Source: Trypanosoma brucei | Taxonomy: Eukaryota | Assembly (NCBI GenBank): GCA_000002445.1 | Contig: AL929603.2 | Coordinates: 128,001 to 192,000 of the forward strand | Length of the DNA stretch: 64,000 nucleotides | Reading direction: 5' to 3' | Shown here: piece by piece, positions 1 through 12,213 of the stretch | How positions within the stretch are numbered: the first letter of the stretch is position 1 | How the letters are laid out: each line of letters opens with the position of its first letter | Position numbers and translations under genes: made by a program | Notes under the pieces: generated by a model | What the model saw: only the letters and a program-made list of their open reading frames with translations | What the model was told of the DNA's origin: nothing | The model's database searches: none

Positions 1-594
1 CACGACAACATTGTGTGAGGAGAGTCACTCATATACAGATCAGTTTTGTCTTGTGTTTTGAAGGTGATGCCGCAAGTGCTTTCGATTTTCCCAGGGTATT
101 ATTTCCTTTTATTGACATGATAGGGTCATTGCCCGCAACCGCGGAGTGGAAACAGGAAACGATGCAGGATGTCAGCGTGTTGAACCGCCTGAGCGATATT
201 TTCCTGAACTTCAGTAAAGCACAGCGCCTTCCAAATATCCATGAGGGAACAATCAACTCTCCACACACCATGCAACTTTACGGGTTCCCACCCATTTTCC
301 CACTATTTGATACCTTGTTTGTTGTGGATTGCGACACAACCACCGAAGTTGAAAATCAACGAAAAATAAACGGTGGTGATGTTGCAATTCCAAACTGCTG
401 GATCACATGATAACAAAACAGGAACAGCCCTTAATATGCTCGAGAATCCTGTCCTTCTAACATGTGATGCGAATAGGGATATGTTTTTGGGAAATTTTAT
501 GAATGAATTTGGGTGGGGAGTTATTTGTGCTCAGCATGTTGCCGTCAGAAAGATGAGACGCCAACAATTGTGCAACGATACAGCGGGCAAATGA
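1..594 (+). pseudogene. RHS (retrotransposon hot spot) pseudogene, 3' portion (copy of segment at 37905..38492); reading frame broken (15..410 then 373..594)
   Basis: Near-identical to 37905..38492 and reverse-complement of 5600..6211; protein '...VVDCDTTTEVENQRKINGGDVAIPNCWIT*' aligns to intact RHS 28384 region 'FIVVNCWAMSEMRAF'; internal stop/frameshift. Confidence 0.6.
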
Positions 595-2248
595 AGTGAG
601 GAAGATCGCAAATATGTTCATTTATTTTGGGCCAACAGTATGAAACATTACCTTGTGCAATTTAATGTTAATACCGTCGCTATGTTAGCTATTGAAAATA
701 TTGCGGGGAGGGGAAGTAACCGACATGGATGTAAATCATGAAAGAGCGGCTGTGGGAAATCAATAAAAGAGAGGAAGGAGAAGAGTAAACGGGGAAAACA
801 TCAACAAAAGAGTGTGGAAACAAATAATCACGGCAGGTGATGTCACGGTATAACTCTGTGTTAGGAGGGTTGTGGACTCTATCAAAATTAACCTCTCGGC
901 AGTAAGCACAGTTAACAACGAGCGTATGATCCCTTTTTAAAATTTGGTTACTTTAATTCGTTTTTTTTTATTACTTAACGATGTTAACATTAGATACGAT
1001 ATGCATTTTTTGTAGAAGCACATATGTGTTAATGAAAACATTGCAACATTGTTTACATCAGATATTAATACTTAGCTGCCTAACCGTAATTTCCTACAGA
1101 GCGTGTCGTTTACGGTTTTCATTTCTACCAGATGGATGTCACATATTGTGTTTAATATTTTACACTGAGTGATGTGTCCGAAATATTTTTTTTTCTTAAT
1201 CGTCGACGCCCCTTTCACCTTTTCATGTATTCTCCTAATTTTTCTCTACCATTTGTTACTTAAGGTGCGCACAGATACGAATGTATGAAGGTTTCTGTGC
1301 AAGAAGCCGAGGTGTCCAGTTCACTATTTATTTGATGGAAAGTCATTATTTTGAGTGTGCGATTCGTTGTACATCCACTGGCTACCGGCACAGCGTATGT
1401 TATCACTTGCCCTATCTTTCATATGATTACTCTAAAATGATTAGAGTTCAGCGGTATGAAAAGTGTAATAATACCCGAGAAGTGCAGTTCCAACTGTTGA
1501 TGGGTAATATTTATGTTTGATTGTCAGGTGGTGATTTACTAACATGAAGTATGCAGTTTATTATGATAGGCTGAGAAGGAGGGGAATGATGATGCGTTGA
1601 AGGACGTGAGGTAACTGATAGTATTATTATTATTATTGTTTTTTTTTGTTAACTGATGTATTCCATAACATTGAGGATGCAGTGGGACTTAGGGGTGAAG
1701 CACTTTGGGAACTGTATTTGTGTTTGCATGGATGAGCTTGAGCCAATAGAACCCGCTGTCGCGTATCAACAAGAGTGGAAATTAGTGGAACAGTTTTTGT
1801 ATGTTTCTTTGTATTGTGGTGAGCTTTCGTTGATTTCCCTCTTAACTTTCGTTGTTTATTGATTTTTGTTATTTGTTGTTTCATTCATTTTGGATCGTCA
1901 GAAATGTGAGGGTGCAATGTGTTTGTTTTTGGTTTTTTTCACACCGCCCACAGTTGGGATTGGTGATGCATGAAATTCATTATTTTTATATTTGGCATAT
2001 GATAACAAGGCAAGGGAAATATTTATACAGCTGCCGTATTTTGGAATTGTTTTCCTTAATACCAAATAAGGTATAATACCGTATAACACAAACAATAGTG
2101 AATAAATATTATCTCGCTTTATTACTTTTGTTATTATATTAAACTATTCGCACACTGTTATTTTCCTCATCGGTTATTTTACTTCAGTTATTTATATTTT
2201 CAGAGAAGTAAAGGAAAGGGAAGTTAAATTAAGTTAATAATAAAATGT

Positions 2249-3073
2249 ATGCCGAGAGCCAACAATCCTGCAGCTCCACGTGGAAACGATGCAAATCAAC
2301 AAGTGGCAGGTAATATTGAAGCAGCCATGAGGAGACCACGGGATGAAAATGTACCGCCTCCTCCTCCTCCTGCTGCTGCTGCTGCTCAGCCTCCACAAAT
2401 ACGGCAGAGAACTGAAGAGAGGCCCAATTGGACAATGAATAGTAAGGTGAGGGATGTGCTGCTGGAAGATGTGCCGCTGCAACGGTATGAGGTTCTGCGT
2501 AAAATGACACTGCATGATTTATGGAGTGGCAGAAACGGAAAATGTGAGGATTCCCATGTTTGTTGAAAATCCGGGAGAATATATTACGAACGCAAGAATT
2601 CTACATGACATACAGAATCTCCACAAGTTCAGACAGTACAAAAAGATTTGTGAGCGGTTGCCTGAAGTAGAAGGAAATCTCCTCTCTACCTTAATGGGAA
2701 GGGAAATTTACTACCTCAGTCAGTGGGAGGAGAAGGGAAGAGGGGAAATAAGGGAATTTGTTGGTCCCGTGGCGAGGGGAAGGTTGGATGGAGCACTGGA
2801 GGTCGCCAAAGAAGCAAGGAAACGAGCTGCCCAACCAGCCTGTGGTGCTGTCGAACTTAAAGGAGTGTATGATTCTATATACAATGCGAAATGGAGTTAT
2901 GTGATGCCGGGTTATGATGAAGAGCCACTTGGAATGAAAGTGTTTAATGGAAAACCGCAGCGCATTTGGACCGAAGCGGAGGTGGATATAACTCCTGAAC
3001 CTGCGAATGTTGATGCAGAGATTAAGAAGGGATCCAATGGTTTAGAGATTTTTGTTCTCACTTCGGAGAAGGT
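2249..3073 (+). pseudogene. RHS pseudogene N-terminal fragment, frameshifted (2249..2566 / 2514..3119), truncated at palindrome junction after '...VLTSEK'
   Basis: Protein 'MPRANNPAAPRGNDANQQVAGN...RPRDENVPPPPPPAAAAAQPPQIRQ...EIREFVGPVARGRLDGALEVAKEARKRAAQ...LKGVYDSIYNAKWSYVMPGY...' is homologous to N-terminus of RHS ORFs at 23277 and 46089(-). Confidence 0.7.
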
Positions 3074-3140
3074 GATTTGCGCCCCGTACCGCTATGTGAA
3101 GCAGGAGTTCGAGCTTTGAATAGTGTTACGCCCCCCGCCA

Positions 3141-3944
3141 ACCTTCTCCGAAGTGAGAACAAAAATCTCCAAACCATTGGGTCTCTCCGGCACTCGTGCA
3201 TCAACATTCGCAGGTTCAGGAGTTATATCCACCTCCGCTTCGGTCCAAATGCGCTGCGGTTTTCCATTAAACACTTTCATTCCAAGTGGCTCTTCATCAT
3301 AACCCGGCATCACATAACTCCATTTCGCATTGTATATAGAATCATACACTCCTTTAAGTTCGACAGCACCACAGGCTGGTTGGGCAGCTCGTTTCCTTGC
3401 TTCTTTGGCGACCTCCAGTGCTCCATCCAACCTTCCCCTCGCCACGGGACCAACAAATTCCCTTATTTCCCCTCTTCCCTTCTCCTCCCACTGACTGAGG
3501 TAGTAAATTTCCCTTCCCATTAAGGTAGAGAGGAGATTTCCTTCTACTTCAGGCAACCGCTCACAAATCTTTTTGTACTGTCTGAACTTGTGGAGATTCT
3601 GTATGTCATGTAGAATTCTTGCGTTCGTAATATATTCTCCCGGATTTTCAACAAACATGGGAATCCTCACATTTTCCGTTTCTGCCACTCCATAAATCAT
3701 GCAGTGTCATTTTACGCAGAACCTCATACCGTTGCAGCGGCACATCCCTCGCCTTACTATTCATCGTCCAGTTGGGCCCCTCTTCAGTTCTCTGCCGTAT
3801 TTGTGGAGGCTGAGCAGCAGCAGCAGCAGCAGGAGGCGGTACATTTTCATCCCGTGGTCTCCTCATGGCTGCTTCAATATTACCTGCCACTTGTTGATTT
3901 GCATCGTTTCCACGTGGAGCTGCAGGATTGTTGGCTCTCGGCAT
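3141..3944 (-). pseudogene. Mirror copy of RHS pseudogene N-terminal fragment (other palindrome arm)
   Basis: ORFs 3092..3700(-) and 3648..3944(-) encode the same RHS N-terminal sequence as 2249..3119(+). Confidence 0.7.
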
Positions 3945-5599
3945 ACATTTTATTATTAACTTAATTTAACTTCCCTTTCCTTTACTTCTCTGAAAATATA
4001 AATAACTGAAGTAAAATAACCGATGAGGAAAATAACAGTGTGCGAATAGTTTAATATAATAACAAAAGTAATAAAGCGAGATAATATTTATTCACTATTG
4101 TTTGTGTTATACGGTATTATACCTTATTTGGTATTAAGGAAAACAATTCCAAAATACGGCAGCTGTATAAATATTTCCCTTGCCTTGTTATCATATGCCA
4201 AATATAAAAATAATGAATTTCATGCATCACCAATCCCAACTGTGGGCGGTGTGAAAAAAACCAAAAACAAACACATTGCACCCTCACATTTCTGACGATC
4301 CAAAATGAATGAAACAACAAATAACAAAAATCAATAAACAACGAAAGTTAAGAGGGAAATCAACGAAAGCTCACCACAATACAAAGAAACATACAAAAAC
4401 TGTTCCACTAATTTCCACTCTTGTTGATACGCGACAGCGGGTTCTATTGGCTCAAGCTCATCCATGCAAACACAAATACAGTTCCCAAAGTGCTTCACCC
4501 CTAAGTCCCACTGCATCCTCAATGTTATGGAATACATCAGTTAACAAAAAAAAAACAATAATAATAATAATACTATCAGTTACCTCACGTCCTTCAACGC
4601 ATCATCATTCCCCTCCTTCTCAGCCTATCATAATAAACTGCATACTTCATGTTAGTAAATCACCACCTGACAATCAAACATAAATATTACCCATCAACAG
4701 TTGGAACTGCACTTCTCGGGTATTATTACACTTTTCATACCGCTGAACTCTAATCATTTTAGAGTAATCATATGAAAGATAGGGCAAGTGATAACATACG
4801 CTGTGCCGGTAGCCAGTGGATGTACAACGAATCGCACACTCAAAATAATGACTTTCCATCAAATAAATAGTGAACTGGACACCTCGGCTTCTTGCACAGA
4901 AACCTTCATACATTCGTATCTGTGCGCACCTTAAGTAACAAATGGTAGAGAAAAATTAGGAGAATACATGAAAAGGTGAAAGGGGCGTCGACGATTAAGA
5001 AAAAAAAATATTTCGGACACATCACTCAGTGTAAAATATTAAACACAATATGTGACATCCATCTGGTAGAAATGAAAACCGTAAACGACACGCTCTGTAG
5101 GAAATTACGGTTAGGCAGCTAAGTATTAATATCTGATGTAAACAATGTTGCAATGTTTTCATTAACACATATGTGCTTCTACAAAAAATGCATATCGTAT
5201 CTAATGTTAACATCGTTAAGTAATAAAAAAAAACGAATTAAAGTAACCAAATTTTAAAAAGGGATCATACGCTCGTTGTTAACTGTGCTTACTGCCGAGA
5301 GGTTAATTTTGATAGAGTCCACAACCCTCCTAACACAGAGTTATACCGTGACATCACCTGCCGTGATTATTTGTTTCCACACTCTTTTGTTGATGTTTTC
5401 CCCGTTTACTCTTCTCCTTCCTCTCTTTTATTGATTTCCCACAGCCGCTCTTTCATGATTTACATCCATGTCGGTTACTTCCCCTCCCCGCAATATTTTC
5501 AATAGCTAACATAGCGACGGTATTAACATTAAATTGCACAAGGTAATGTTTCATACTGTTGGCCCAAAATAAATGAACATATTTGCGATCTTCCTCACT

Positions 5600-6468
5600 T
5601 CATTTGCCCGCTGTATCGTTGCACAATTGTTGGCGTCTCATCTTTCTGACGGCAACATGCTGAGCACAAATAACTCCCCACCCAAATTCATTCATAAAAT
5701 TTCTCAAAAACATATCCCTATTCGCATCACATGTTAGAAGGACAGGATTCTCGAGCATATTAAGGGCTGTTCCTGTTTTGTTATCATGTGATCCAGCAGT
5801 TTGGAATTGCAACATCACCACCGTTTATTTTTCGTTGATTTTCAACTTCGGTGGTTGTGTCGCAATCCACAACAAACAAGGTATCAAATAGTGGGAAAAT
5901 GGGTGGGAACCCGTAAAGTTGCATGGTGTGTGGAGAGTTGATTGTTCCCTCATGGATATTTGGAAGGCGCTGTGCTTTACTGAAGTTCAGGAAAATATCG
6001 CTCAGGCGGTTCAACACGCTGACATCCTGCATCGTTTCCTGTTTCCACTCCGCGGTTGCGGGCAATGACCCTATCATGTCAATAAAAGGAAATAATACCC
6101 TGGGAAAATCGAAAGCACTTGCGGCATCACCTTCAAAACACAAGACAAAACTGATCTGTATATGAGTGACTCTCCTCACACAATGTTGTCGTGCAACGTC
6201 TCTGCGCGACTGGAAAGTTACCACCCTCAATGCGGATTCAAAGTGCAGCGTGCACACATACGTTTCGGAATCTCCTGTACGATAGATGCGACCAAGGTTG
6301 ATGAATTTATGCAGCAGCAGTCTTCCAATCCATTTGCCATATGGGCGCAACGTTCCAAGATACAACACAGACATATATACATATACATATATATATGCAT
6401 GCATGACCTCCTATAAAATATGCGGTAACAGGCAATACTCTGGCATCATGCTTTAGTTTGTGAAGGAG
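5600..6468 (-). pseudogene. RHS pseudogene, portion 3' of the insertion hot spot (continues from RIME at 6469..6983)
   Basis: ORF 5784..6404(-) '...ILLHKLKHDARVLPVTAYFIG...' aligns to post-P-loop region of RHS 28384 ('FILYKLLHYDAEELPVVAYFRG'); stop and frame change (5600..5821). Confidence 0.65.
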
Positions 6469-6983
6469 AATTTTTTTTGAATTTTCTTCGTGCCTTCGTG
6501 GGAGTTTCCCCCCACTGGCGCGGCCATCAGCCATCACCGTAGAGCCCTGAAATGCTATCGGTCTGGCGACTGTGGCAGAGTCTCCCTTTTTCATTCATCC
6601 TAACACACTCTCTATAATTTTTGTTGTATTTCCGCATATGAACGGAATACAGCAGATGGGGCGAGAAGCCTCCCACCCTGGACTCTCCCAAAGATGCCAA
6701 TTGGCAATCCTTTTTTTTTGGAGTTCCACATCACCGGACAGCAGCATCTTAGTGCGGATGATACTGCTGATGGCACGCTGGCACGTGCCCAGGGACCGAC
6801 AAATGAAAAACGGTGTCCCAGCAAGACGCTGCTGATCCCTGTACTGTATGATGCCGTAGCCGGAGCACAGCAGTGTTCCCCATGAAAGGAACGCTGCTGG
6901 CTCTTGGCTTCCCCCGATGATACGGGGTACTGGACCCTGGCACCACGTTGAGGTGGCCGGCATCGCCAGGGTGTGAAGGAGAA
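6469..6983 (-). mobile_element. RIME (~515 bp, non-autonomous ingi derivative) inserted at the RHS hot spot
   Basis: 5' end CACCCTGGCGATGCCGGCCACCTCAACGTGGTGCCAGGG (rc at 6946..6983), 3' end ...GGCACGAAGAAAATTC + A8 (rc at 6469..6492); ingi 5' ~250 bp joined to ingi 3' ~250 bp with junction inside the 2A codons (GDVE|LQKK). Confidence 0.85.
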
Positions 6984-7500
6984 GTGAGCCGATGGCCAGT
7001 GACTTACTGATTCTGGAGTTTCCAATCACAATGTAAGGATTTGGTGCGTGTCTTAGTATTCGAGTTTCCTCAGCTGGCCAAGCGCAGAGCTTTCTTTCCA
7101 CAACATTTCACAGTCTCCAGTCCTTTCTCTGAATGAGAATGTCATTGTGAATTTAAATATTAAACTGTGAGTACGACCACTCCATTTAAGATGTTGGAAC
7201 CGTTGCTTCACCTCCTTCCCGTGCGTTCCGGCTTATGTTCAAAAGTTTCCTCAATTTTGGGGACGACATTAACTTCTTCATCTTTCCACATTATATCATC
7301 AGCACGCGTTCCATCAACAAACTTCATGCCCAGCATTTGAGTTCCATTGTCCATTATAATGTCACTCCACTTTGAATTGCATACGGAGCCATATAAACTG
7401 AAAACATTATCACCTCTTGCTTCACGTCCTCTCAGACGCTTTTCTCCCAGAATAAGTGTCTGGTGTCCTGAAGCAAAATGTTGAGTATTGTTCTTGATTA
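6984..7500 (-). pseudogene. Degenerate RHS pseudogene 5' fragment upstream of RIME (degenerate P-loop 'IVIGNSRISKS')
   Basis: ORF 6595..7101(-) 'MERKLCAWPAEETRILRHAPNPYIVIGNSRISKSLAIGSLLLHTL|AMPATSTW..'; upstream 7150..7480 translates (with stops) to 'LYGSVCNSKWSDIIMDNGTQMLGMKFVDGTRADDIMWKDEEVNVVPKIEE..' matching RHS 28384 residues ~50-110. Confidence 0.65.
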
Positions 7501-8660
7501 AAATATTTGCTTTACTTTTCTAACTAATTCGGCTTCTTAGTGTTTCCTTTTAAAGGATACAAAAGCTTTATCGCAAAGGGATTCCTATACTAAAGGACGC
7601 ACATGGTTACTCAGATAGAACAGTTATAAATCTCAAATAAAGTTCAGTAACCTTTCCTTACACATTTTTTTATCCAATGAAAATATTTCCACAGTGCTCT
7701 ACTGCAGCATTGTGGCCATTAAAAAAATAGTTTTGGCGCTGCCTCAGGTATTCACTGGCATTTCCCCTCTTTTCAACGCATGTTTACAAGCAGAGGCATG
7801 CCTCATTGCTGTCACACCTTAGCGTTATTGAATCTATTTTCATACCTCCAAGGACCATACAGCATGAGATTCTATTTTCAAATACATTAATTGATCCACG
7901 AGATTTGGTATTTTATTCATTTCATCTGACTGTTGGTTTTCCTCATTCTCTGAGTTCGCAAACACCACTGAGCTAATTCCGCGCAAATGTACACATGTAA
8001 CTTCAAGGTAATATATGTTTATCACTGTTGTATTCTTTCGTATTTCTTTTGTTGGCTGCTGGTGCCCAGTAAGTTCCTATCATAAAATATGTATCATCTT
8101 ACAAGACACAGCAATAATGGTCATGATAAAGTTTCTGAATTCCCTGTATTTAATGTTGGACGCTGGTGTGAGGAATGGATTCAAAAACAAACAAACAAAT
8201 AAACAAACTGAAGCCTCCTGTTCGTAAATGAAGAGTTTGTGTTCACATCGTTGGAGAGTGTCGGCACCAGGAGATATACTTTTCTCGCTTTGCAGTGTGT
8301 GTTTCACTACAGTTTCCGTTCGTTCCGCCATATGGGAAAATAAATTGTTTTGGATATTTGAGTCTGCGCCGCCTTCCCCACTCAAAGCACCTTGCATAAT
8401 GAGTATTATTGTAGTAAATTTTGAGTTCTCATGAGGATTTCACACTTCACACGCGCAAAAAAAAATTGTTACAATGACTCGATTACTGTTGCACACATGG
8501 AAATGGTGGCTGCGATAGAAGCTTCCCTTAATTTGTGTCATTTTCGTGAGAGTTGAGTTTTAAGCAACATTGTGCCTCCTAAACCTCGATACGCATTTTA
8601 AAAAAATGAGATTAAAAAAAAGACTCACTATTTGATACAAAATGTAAGGGAACTTGGCAT

Positions 8661-8690
8661 TTAATAATAATTATTATTATTGAACACACA
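8661..8690. repeat. (AAT)n/(ATT)n microsatellite; mirror copy at 61536..61572 is a longer pure (AAT)12
   Basis: aataataattattattatt vs aataataataataataataataataataataataa. Confidence 0.8.
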
Positions 8691-9311
8691 TTCATATGTT
8701 AATTTTTTTCCATCACCGTTAGGAACGTAATCATCACAATTTAAAGAACCACCAATACGCAAATATTTCCATACGCCACTTGACTGTCTTCGAAGCGCTG
8801 CCCAATTGGTTTTGAATGTAAGTGCAATACAAAAGAACAAAAACATTTGAGAGAAAGAATTCAGTAATAAAAAATATGGTTAAAGTTCCCCATCACCTTT
8901 CTGAAACCTTTTGAACTTTGCGCATCTGCACGCTCAAGGCAAATCAAAGTTTCTCTAACCATTGATGTTTACATTATTTCCAATCGACCATGTTTCTTGA
9001 AACAGATGTTGGAAAGAAAATACAAATAGTGATGGATGAAAACCTGAATATTAATACTGACAATAATAATGGTAATAATAATGGTAATAAAAAATAAATA
9101 GATTAATTAATTAAATTACATTCCTTCAGTGCATTGCACTTATGCAGGGATTATGACTCGTACAAACCTGTCTCATAGTTATTTATGAATTCATGACAAA
9201 CAACTCGGTAATGATGCGCCATGAAATGTTTAATCAACGAATCTTACATTCCACGTATAATACGATGCAAACCGAACAAACATCAGTCACAAAAGCGATT
9301 TGTTTAAAAAT

Positions 9312-9341
9312 GATATATATATATATATATTTTTTTTTTTT
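9312..9341. repeat. (AT)9-T11 simple repeat (mirror at ~60880..60912)
   Basis: gatatatatatatatatatttttttttttt. Confidence 0.8.
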
Positions 9342-10086
9342 GCGAGCGTGTAGAAGCAAATAAATATAACACTGTGCGCAGAGGATGAAGGGTACAAACA
9401 AATGAAACAACGATAAAAAAATTATTTACAAGATTAAAAGAAAGTGCCGTTTGAATAAAGAGAAATTAAACAAGAGGTGGTGACAAATCGTATGCTTTTA
9501 ATATACTTACTGCAGATATTTAGTTTGTAACGATTAGTATTATATAAACAGCAACACATGTGATGAAACTCAGGAATATATCAACTAAACCTCAGATTGT
9601 TCGACAGACAAGCAAAAAAAAAAAAGAAAAGAAGAATAATATGAAAAAAAAAACATCTGGTGTTAATGTCGCACAACATATTTCAACAGTTGATTCACAC
9701 TACAAATTTCCTATAAACATACGATTTAAATCACCACCTGCACATTCCCTTCCGCGTATCGTTGTTTTGACTTCAAACAGCTTACAAGTATAATTTGCTG
9801 ATGCCATCTTTACATAATAAAATGAAACTATTAAAGTTTATCACAGTCCGCAAATTACGGGTTTTAGGTTGCAGTCGTCGGTTGTTCTTCCCTCTGCATA
9901 ATGGTCTCTCATTAACATACAAATATCTCTCAACAAAAATATTCACATTAGAGAGATTAGGTGATGAATGATTTGAGTCAACTCCTTCCACTTGTAACTT
10001 CATCACGGCATGGTTGCGGCTCACAACAGAAGGAAGGGTGTTTTTACTCTTAGGTTGAATGATACCTGCAGTTCCAACATAATTCG

Positions 10087-10106
10087 ATATATATATATAT
10101 ATATAT
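10087..10106. repeat. (TA)10 microsatellite (mirror 60136..60158)
   Basis: tatatatatatatatatata. Confidence 0.8.
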
Positions 10107-12213
10107 ATTCTTTATTTCTACTTTCTGCACTTCTCCACTTTCGTGTTGTCCATACAACAAATATCTCTTTACCCGATGGTGAATGAGATGTGGTGTGCTG
10201 TTTAGAAACTGAACTACATTTTTAGCTGAGAGTGGAAAAGCTGAAAAAGTGTTTTGGTTTGAAGAGTGAGTCAGTTGAAGCATTCAGCATTTGATTAACT
10301 CATAAAACATATAATTTATATTTAACCTTCCAATACCATCGCTCGAACAGAGCAGTTTCTTGTCATAAAGACATTAACCACATGCTAAAATTTTCCACGC
10401 CACCAAACCACACTTATATAAACTCGAAAAAATAAATAATAAATAAGCGGTTGCATATATCATACCACTTCTTGCAATGTAAACCGAAAATAGTGCGTCG
10501 CGGGAGTGAGCTTGAAATTAGTAAACGAAAAGATTCCTGTATCATAAAAGTCTTTCACTATTTCATGAAGTATTTCAATCTCCAACTAAACATCATGCAA
10601 AACACCTTAAAGCCACTCCACTTTCCAATATATAAAAATCCCACCAATGTTACTTTCATGTGCCATCGCAGTGCATCCTCATGCTTTCAATTTCAGTAGT
10701 TATTCACTTCCCAAGTTCCGTAAGCATTTACTGCTAATAATGTAAGCGAAACAATTTTGGAATATGATATTCAAGTGACAGTTGTTCTTCGATTTCACAT
10801 GCATCTCCCTTCAGATGCAGCGCTGCTTTTCGTCTCTTTTTTTTTTCTCAAATAAATAAATAACATTTGATATTTTACTATTTCGAATCGGTGTGGATTT
10901 GTATAACTTAAATGTGCGGCTGTCTGTAACTTATCAGTTAGCAGCAGTGTCTAATTAATTTAAGTGTGTGAGGAGGAAATCCTTTTGTTGTTGTTGTCAA
11001 ATAAAAAGTAAATTTGAAGAAATACATAATTTACCTCAGCAGTGTTTTCTGGAAAGTCATAAACATATACGGATACGGTAAGAAAAGGAAAATAAAATGA
11101 ATGAAAGGATTTGCTCTCGCCTTCAGTTCTTCTGAGGCATCATGTTGTAAGAAAGAAAATAATATTTCCCAAAACCAGTGAAATGGTTAATACACTTTCC
11201 CATGCACATGTATCACAAATGTTAATGGGTTAATGTGGTACACAACCCTTTGCTGTGCAAGGGAATTCGGATTGTATGACATCTTCACAAAAGTTTGGCC
11301 CAAATAATTCTGAAAGGAAATGTAATAAAATAAATTATGTTATTAAAAAACCAAACAAATACAACAAGTTATAATATAATATTTTAATGAAACGAGAATA
11401 TTCAATCGCACTGTTTGAGAATATAGATATACCAGTGGCAAGTGTAAAAAAGAATCATGAGACACGTAATGTGTTGTTTTATCCTCTTCCATGTAAGAAC
11501 TTGGTGGTCAAGATGCTGCTCTGATATAATTTATTGTAAAGTCACTCTGTCATTTCTTTCAGTAAAACAAATAATAATAAGAATAATGAAATATATTCAC
11601 TATACTTTAATGGTATATAAACTTCACTTCCTCATATCATTGACAGGCATACAGTACTGCAGAATGTTGAGTGCTTTTACTTTTCGGGTGTGGTTATGAG
11701 TAAAAATTAAATGTGAATGTTGTGTTTCATGTAATAACAATAAGAACGATAGAAATAGTAATAATATTAATTCAATATATATGTGTGAATGTGTAGTCAT
11801 AAAGTTAGAAGGGCATACAATATAATGATATATTCATTTGGTATGGTTGTAATATGAATGATCATAATACAATAATTACTACGCTTACAACTAAAATACA
11901 AATTTCCATTGAGAAAAAAGCTTGTCACATATACACACACGCTCACCTTCCTAACTGTTCTTTATTCTTCACAATATATGATGGGTATAACTTAGTAAAA
12001 TACGAAGCACTTAAATAACCGTAATGAAATCCTTGTATTTCTCGTATTTAAGATAGTGTAACATACAATACCATCCATGTGAATTGTTACTGGTATCTGT
12101 CCGAATAATGGTGTCTACAGTGAGCAAACTACTCGAACGGGCTGTTAAATTTAATAACGTGTTCTTAGCAATAAGTGGTTACAATTATACAAAGTGAAGC
12201 AATGGGTCACATA

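Larger units (their letters stand above)
1..6211. repeat. Large palindrome (inverted duplication): arms 1..3073 and 3141..6211, 67-bp non-palindromic spacer 3074..3140, centre ~3107; left arm runs off the window
   Basis: ORF pairs with the same protein on opposite strands (2514..3119+/3092..3700-, 2249..2566+/3648..3944-, 1852..2076+/4117..4341-, 981..1172+/5022..5213-, 15..410+/5784..6404-); coordinate sums ~6211-6214; arms differ by small indels (PPPPPPAAAAA vs PPPAAAAAA, 15-nt indel). Confidence 0.85.

Noticed and set aside
6469-6983. RIME deletion junction falling inside the 2A codons (GDVE|LQKK) as a novel feature
   Set aside because: This is simply the defining internal deletion of RIME (ingi 5' 250 bp + 3' 250 bp). 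It is expected, not new.
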